From a virus, in IMG/VR virus record IMGVR_UViG_3300001335_000085, positions 1,365-65,364 of that record: a stretch of 64,000 nt of DNA; one strand, written 5' to 3'. The position numbers were made by a program, and so were the translations under genes. Shown here piece after piece: positions 59,401 to 64,000 of the stretch; positions within the stretch are counted from its first letter, which is position 1; every line of letters begins with the position of its first letter. The notes under the pieces were generated by a model. The model was given only the letters and a program-made list of their open reading frames with translations, was not told the DNA's origin and did no database searches.

Positions 59401-60165
59401 CAAGACACGTGAACCAGCTTTTATCATAGTGGTATTAAAACCACTACCTGTGATAGTGTTCTGTGTAGCCTGTATAGTCACAGTTTTTTCTTCATACACA
59501 CGTTCTGCAAGTGTAGTATCCCCTAATTGAATCATATTCACTACACTAGGCTCATATCCTATTACATATAACTGATGAAGATATTGGTTTTGCTTAAATA
59601 TCTGAGGGGTTTCTTGGCTTGTAGCACTTAATCTCTCTGTAGTATCTACATTATCTGTATAATCATTACCACCATAACTAGGTGTTAGCTTTGTAGTACC
59701 ATATACAACAGGGACTATCTGATATTGCTCTTGTGCATTGAGTTTCCCTTGCATAGAATATGTAGGGTCTACATTTAGACCTTCTGGTGGTGATACATAG
59801 TCAAAGATACCGCCTGCAATCCATGCAGCTTGACTTGCTGCAGCCATAAGACCCCATGACATACCACCAGTAGCAATACCAATACCAATTACAAGGGCAC
59901 CAACTCCTATCATTGTGGCTATTTTCCAACCATCTCTACCTGCTGGTAATACTTTAATAATCAATGTGTCATCTATATAGGGCTTTATTTCTGCATAATT
60001 TTCAGTTATCTCAGTATCATTAAGAATAATAATACATTGTTCTATAGGAATATCTATCTTCTGTAAATCAAATAGTTCTTGTATAGTGTAATCTACGGAG
60101 TCATATTCAATAATTTCTTTTTCAGATGAAAAAGGGTTAGGTTGTACAATAACTTTTACTGACAC
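56437..60165 (-). CDS. tail tip / host-specificity protein (lambda I+J-like)
   Basis: VPVVYG, QYDI...T, A.RIKASEQLSG.I..LN, NPA, GD.I.V.HD; probable GTG start 60165 after GGAG. Confidence 0.85.
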   Translation of the reverse strand: MSVKVIVQPNPFSSEKEIIEYDSVDYTIQELFDLQKIDIPIEQCIIILNDTEITENYAEIKPYIDDTLIIKVLPAGRDGWKIATMIGVGALVIGIGIATGGMSWGLMAAASQAAWIAGGIFDYVSPPEGLNVDPTYSMQGKLNAQEQYQIVPVVYGTTKLTPSYGGNDYTDNVDTTERLSATSQETPQIFKQNQYLHQLYVIGYEPSVVNMIQLGDTTLAERVYEEKTVTIQATQNTITGSGFNTTMIKAGSRVLIQGGLNEGEYQVESATYTVITLKDTYTLQTETATITLSYLQKTGIYTDVDISFGYNGAMPKHYPYQVTQTSLNKNCTYDIPQYYTTSMNVKHADIELGLLQGIGKINSNSKIVGKQVDFTIEYKLKTDTTWTTAYTDFIRGGTRKSVRTAYTIDFPVRGQYDIKITKTNIDHLDAAYLENLTWTNIRTQQVDTENNYITPIDADTASTLVIMALRIKASEQLSGTINNLNVVVSRFAKDYDSDTDTWIVRETNNPASLFVEALTNESLTQHPIPFTEEYFDMPSIKAFHTWCETEGYTCNGVCSTETTLEQELTLICGTARATFAVIDGKYTILPEIERPNPIQMFTARNMIKDSFSVSRVLGELPDGVTVQFINANVGYKVDTITASDSDNPTNAETIEIAYVDNVIQAYNLARYFLNSMQIQQRIFNFTTSMDALVATRGDKILVQHDAALLGLCSGRVSNYTVDSGLITQLIVDEACTMEAGKEYGILIRTEDDFVTYKLITYEGTTNTLYLDQTVVEDEILIGDLFSFGEYNLETSECVITSIGYNANLECTIEAIEYDSAVYNLAEMPVWSSGITSLGSDAPYVNTSTYGDIDATLQSIIERQNNSTNIKVFQEQPSPPYFLGDIWLNNTRLYDCVIEKEEGETYSVADWRLRSSSTFDVLNKDTFNIENPEHRWQQIPGDGVPYNLLASTTYEASSGEATKANILVNDGVDWQSINSLSAIQVNASGASHIITKSNGITAFVGGRYTNNGYMGESYTNKVTSPVTQDITVTGHVVVQTYRGTVSCSYGTASYNTPLEFDTSGETLTFTMTDAQYVSITETDFIPPYVNGTFTAHYDTQTVDGSLTVSVKVVNIPIDDTYPICHIYGDTDNYIDLALKDNALLLSGKASGSSFMDYIAISAGQHTFSLNWGTGVALSINGNPTDYTVLENAYGWEDNVYEYSFYEEYGFSGDPIVFSSTLTTAYLGYDGEHYFNNTFIEATV

Positions 60166-60529
60166 TATAAAACTCCATTTTAGTAAATCTTTGTAATGAA
60201 CGTGCATATATAGGTTCAAATATACTATCTTTTGTACTAGAGGCATGTAGTATACCGTTTTCCGTATATACCCCCATATGTACAGGATATTCTCCCATAT
60301 ACAACAACACTATAGCACATTCCTCTGGAGTGTCTATACGCTCTCCTAACAACAAAGCACGCTCTACTGTAATCTCATGTTCTGCTTGCTCCAGTGTATA
60401 TGAAAAATCATATTTTGGCAAGGTATATCCATGGTCTGCTAAATAGAGATATACTAAGCCATAACAATCACATCCTGTTGAGGCTCTCCCATGTAGCTTG
60501 TACGGGATACCTATGTATTTATTGTCCAT
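60137..60529 (-). CDS. NlpC/P60 tail tip assembly protein (gpK-like)
   Basis: YIGIPY...GR...G.DC.GLV, HMGV, LHA. Confidence 0.88.
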   Translation of the reverse strand: MDNKYIGIPYKLHGRASTGCDCYGLVYLYLADHGYTLPKYDFSYTLEQAEHEITVERALLLGERIDTPEECAIVLLYMGEYPVHMGVYTENGILHASSTKDSIFEPIYARSLQRFTKMEFYSVSKSYCTT

Positions 60530-60588
60530 ATGTACTCCTATTGCATATAAATGCTGTGGTGCGAATCCTCGTAAGTCTGAAGGGTGGT

Positions 60589-61074
60589 TTAGAAGATTCC
60601 AGGGAACTTGTCTGGAGTTTTACGTAGTTTTGGGTATGCATATTTCAGATATTCTAGATAATATAATTCTCCAGATACTGTTTTTCTTGTAACCTGTACA
60701 TTTCGTAATATATATTCACGTGTGATTTCTATACCATTATCAGATAATATAGAAGTTCTTGTAGCATCTGCCAAGCGTTCTGTGACTGTTATGATTTCAC
60801 CAGAAGGTACTTGCATAACAAATTCAGCAAGTCGTCTATCTACGTTATTGATAACCAGTCTAGCAGGACGGATTGTCTCGCCCTCCTGCGGCATAGTAAA
60901 GTCAAACGCAAAAGGCTCATAGGTAACGCCATTGCTTTCTATAGCTTGGTAGTTGTTTACAAAATGTAATGGAACAGTTGCTCCGGTATAATTTAATGTA
61001 AGTAATGTCACATAGGGGCTACCTAGAGATTGTTTCTGAGAATCATTTCTAAATATAGTACTAATTGGTCTCAT
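60589..61074 (-). CDS. minor tail protein (DUF1833-like)
   Basis: Y....F.F.MP.......A.L.I.NVDR, P..FPGIF. Confidence 0.8.
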   Translation of the reverse strand: MRPISTIFRNDSQKQSLGSPYVTLLTLNYTGATVPLHFVNNYQAIESNGVTYEPFAFDFTMPQEGETIRPARLVINNVDRRLAEFVMQVPSGEIITVTERLADATRTSILSDNGIEITREYILRNVQVTRKTVSGELYYLEYLKYAYPKLRKTPDKFPGIF

Positions 61075-61433
61075 GGTAGCACCTCTACAGTGAATGTAGT
61101 TACAAAAGCATTATAGGCGAATGCCGTAGTAGAAGGTAGTTCACCTACAAACCGCATTTCAACAGCTTGTGTAGTTTTACGTGGGTGTACCCAATTAAAG
61201 GGTAATGTGCCATTTTTACATGTAGTAGTATAAAATACATCAAATATATCTACTTGTGCAGATGTTAATGTAATTTGGATAGAGAACCGTACAGGCACTG
61301 CTGTGAACAAACTACGCTGTAGGTTCGGCCCTGAATCCATTTCAGTTTCTAATTTTGCGTTTGCTCTAGTTTCACCAAAACCTGATTGATTAGTAAACTC
61401 TGGTAAACCTATATCCCAATCTATTTCTGTCAT
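61071..61433 (-). CDS. distal tail-like protein
   Basis: MDSGP...R..FT, F..FY.....G..PF.W..P. Confidence 0.75.
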   Translation of the reverse strand: MTEIDWDIGLPEFTNQSGFGETRANAKLETEMDSGPNLQRSLFTAVPVRFSIQITLTSAQVDIFDVFYTTTCKNGTLPFNWVHPRKTTQAVEMRFVGELPSTTAFAYNAFVTTFTVEVLP

Positions 61434-64000
61434 TATCGTACTCCTTGACGCCGTGTTCCATATGTAGCACCCATAGTTTTATCAAATTCCCCTGAAGCCA
61501 TACCACGTTTTACTACATCTAACACATACACATCTATACTTGTTGTGCCATCTGCATTCTTACGTTCTTTGGTTTCTACATTAGCTTGTGAATTATTGTT
61601 CACAGTAACATATACATTAGTATTACTACCGCCACCGCTCACACCTAATTTGCCATCAGAGCCACGTGTGAGGGGCAACACGGCTTCACTACCGGCTTCC
61701 CCTATTACACTTGCACCTGTAGGAGTATTGCGTGTAATCATACTATTTGCAATGTAGCCGTCTTTGAACACATCACCTTTTGCTGAATATGTGATAGCAC
61801 CAGACCCTGTTGAAGCAGTACCTTCTGCTTCTCCGCTTATGAAACCATTTAGCATAGCTATACCGCCACCTGCAGCTAGTAACGCCCAACCCTTATCATC
61901 ATTAGATTTATCACTATCTAACAGTAATTTTATGCCTGATTCAATCAATAATGCAGGTAATGCTTCCATGATAGCTTGAGCAACACCTGCCATAGATGCA
62001 GCGAACCCTTCACCGAATGTAGCACCTTCTTTTAAGCTCTTTCCTAAATCTTCAAAAGCTGGTATTAGTTGACTACGTACCGCAGAGGCAAGTCCAGTCA
62101 ATATATCATAAAACATACTCGTTTCAGAAACTCCCAATGCTTCCATAAGAGCATCTTGCCATTCAAGGTCTTTTATATCTGTAATGACTACTTTTAGTTT
62201 ATCAATAAGTTCTTGTTGTTCTTCTGTGAAATCACCTTCATCAAAGAACTCAATAATGCCCATACCTTTAGGAAGTGTGATGCTATCAGCTAATTGTTTC
62301 ATAAATTCCATACGTTTTATTTTCTCTACATATGTTTGCCAATCTTCTGGAGTGCCTAGGAATGCTTCTATTGCATCTTGTGAGACAGCTTGTTCTTCAA
62401 TTTCTGTCACAAACCCTGTAAGTATTTCTTTAATATATGCTGTATAATCACCTTTTTCAAGATATTCACGCATAGCTTCTTCTGTAGTATATCCTAAAGC
62501 AACAAGAGCATCTTTGAGTGTATCAAATTTAGCTTCACGAGCGATTTTATCAGAATACTCTTTCCAATCATCTGGAGTACCTAAGAATGCCTCAAACAAG
62601 TCAGTAGGAGTTTCATAAATTTCAATAGCTTTATCAGTAGCCTTATTTAGCAAGGCGTTAATTTGAGAAACAAGCAATGATATAGCATTTTCATTACCAT
62701 ATGCAGTAGATTGTAATAGTATAGCCTTTACAGATATACCCTGTGCTACAGAAGCTTGTTGTAACTCATCTCCTAACTTTTTCATTAAGACATCTAACTG
62801 TAATTGGTCTAGATAATCTTGCCATGCATCTGGGCCACCTACAAATGCTTTAATGAGAGCGTCATGATTATATTCAGCTTCTTTAACTTCACCTTTTAAT
62901 AATTCCTGTAAAGCATCATAACCATTTTCTGCTACTATAAGCATCTGTATTACTTCGGCGTCAAGATGGTCAGCTAATGTGCCTTCTTCCATATACTTAA
63001 GAGCATCCTTATAACTTATACCAGCATCAGTTAACGCAACACCTAATTCCTTGTATGACTGCGCCAAGTCTGCTTCCATGAGCGTTTTCTTTGCTTCTTT
63101 AATACCGCCAGTAATATAAGCTTCAACTAATGCTGTTTGCTGTTTTACTGTATCTGCATGATATTTTTCTAATGATTGTTCATCTAATAGCTTATTCATT
63201 TCTATGCTTAAGCTGTTGGCAAAATCCTTTAATACTTTTAAGTCAGCAGGAGTTAAATCAGGATTAAGTTTAAAGAATTCTAAATCTTCTGTAGTATATA
63301 TCCTACTAGTTACTAATGCTGTGATTTCAGAAGACACAGCATTTAATTGACTTTGTATTATTTCTTTATTAGATTTGAACGTATCTAATCCTAAGAAACT
63401 TACAATTACATTTTCTTGAGCAGCTTCATCTTTTATCTCTGAAATTCTAGCCTTTGTTATCCCAAGCATTTCATCAATGACAGCTTGTGTAGCTTTATCA
63501 TAGGCATCAAGGTCTTTTTTTGATAGCATAACTTTTACAGGTATCTCTGTGGGGTGTTCAGACACATAGGTTATGAAATCAGTCAAATATTTACGCTTGT
63601 TTTCTTCTTCCAAGTCTTTTTTAATATTCTTTAAGGCAATTAACCGTGTACGTAATTTATTTAAACCTGTGCTTAATGATGATACACCATCATCTAACTC
63701 TATGCTTAAATTATCAAGAGCGCTTCCTGTACCATATACTAGTTTATTAAATTTAGCTTTAATAGCATCTGCATCTATACCTAAAGCTTGTCTCAAAGCA
63801 TCTGTATCCTTATTTTCTAGAAAATTAAGACGCTCTTCTTTTGCTTTTTTCCATGATTGTTCTGCTTTATCCCAGAAATTGTCAATCTCTTTTACTAATA
63901 TAGGGATTAATTTATCTAAGTCTATATTTCTTAAAGACTGTGCTGTGATTTCACCAATAAATTCTGTACCAGTAGATTTCTCTATCATCTTACGTAACTT
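61433..64000 (-). CDS. tail tape measure protein, C-terminal part (truncated by window edge)
   Basis: Helical Ala/Leu/Glu-rich; A.G.V, GEAG.EAVLPL.R...G.LGV C-terminal motif; frame open to the window end. Confidence 0.88.
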   Translation of the reverse strand, partial: KLRKMIEKSTGTEFIGEITAQSLRNIDLDKLIPILVKEIDNFWDKAEQSWKKAKEERLNFLENKDTDALRQALGIDADAIKAKFNKLVYGTGSALDNLSIELDDGVSSLSTGLNKLRTRLIALKNIKKDLEEENKRKYLTDFITYVSEHPTEIPVKVMLSKKDLDAYDKATQAVIDEMLGITKARISEIKDEAAQENVIVSFLGLDTFKSNKEIIQSQLNAVSSEITALVTSRIYTTEDLEFFKLNPDLTPADLKVLKDFANSLSIEMNKLLDEQSLEKYHADTVKQQTALVEAYITGGIKEAKKTLMEADLAQSYKELGVALTDAGISYKDALKYMEEGTLADHLDAEVIQMLIVAENGYDALQELLKGEVKEAEYNHDALIKAFVGGPDAWQDYLDQLQLDVLMKKLGDELQQASVAQGISVKAILLQSTAYGNENAISLLVSQINALLNKATDKAIEIYETPTDLFEAFLGTPDDWKEYSDKIAREAKFDTLKDALVALGYTTEEAMREYLEKGDYTAYIKEILTGFVTEIEEQAVSQDAIEAFLGTPEDWQTYVEKIKRMEFMKQLADSITLPKGMGIIEFFDEGDFTEEQQELIDKLKVVITDIKDLEWQDALMEALGVSETSMFYDILTGLASAVRSQLIPAFEDLGKSLKEGATFGEGFAASMAGVAQAIMEALPALLIESGIKLLLDSDKSNDDKGWALLAAGGGIAMLNGFISGEAEGTASTGSGAITYSAKGDVFKDGYIANSMITRNTPTGASVIGEAGSEAVLPLTRGSDGKLGVSGGGSNTNVYVTVNNNSQANVETKERKNADGTTSIDVYVLDVVKRGMASGEFDKTMGATYGTRRQGVR

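Noticed and set aside
1245-62447. Numerous opposite-strand ORFs from the track overlapping assigned genes
   Set aside because: No RBS or motifs; antisense shadows of the real genes
1-64000. Genome-wide stop-codon reassignment (TAG or TGA)
   Set aside because: Long core genes are uninterrupted in code 11, several end in TAG or TGA at sensible points, and no suppressor tRNA is present

Overview
AT-rich window from a large tailed dsDNA phage; no capsid, terminase or integrase genes lie in the window. The + strand (1-48300) carries many small accessory genes behind repeated sigma70-type TTGACA-N17-TAnnnT promoters. It also carries a replication/recombination set: initiator-like protein, SNF2 helicase, primase, DnaB helicase, clamp, clamp loader, family-A polymerase with a UDG-like N-terminus, Pif1-like helicase, UvsY/SSB/RecA, resolvase and a split SbcC with SbcD. 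Nucleotide-metabolism genes include a ThyX-like protein, a dNMP kinase, MazG-like and DUF5664 pyrophosphatases, and a class II RNR carrying both a group I intron and a mini-intein. RtcB and likely counter-defence genes are present (SAM lyase with an internal TAG, AcrIII-1-like ring nuclease, truncated Tad1-like sponge). The - strand (48300-64000) is a siphovirus-type tail module plus a putative lysis region containing a lipase. The most unusual material is the RNA cluster (12.7-17.6 kb). Besides 6 tRNAs it holds a 78-nt RNA that is only the tRNA-like domain of tmRNA, two 156/173-nt tRNA-shaped RNAs with a predicted pseudoknotted insert in place of the anticodon arm, and several other structured spacers. 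A tail gene ends in a DGR-like variable region followed by only the C-terminal stub of a DGR-type reverse transcriptase. All family assignments come from motif recognition by eye; no database searches or folding programs were run.
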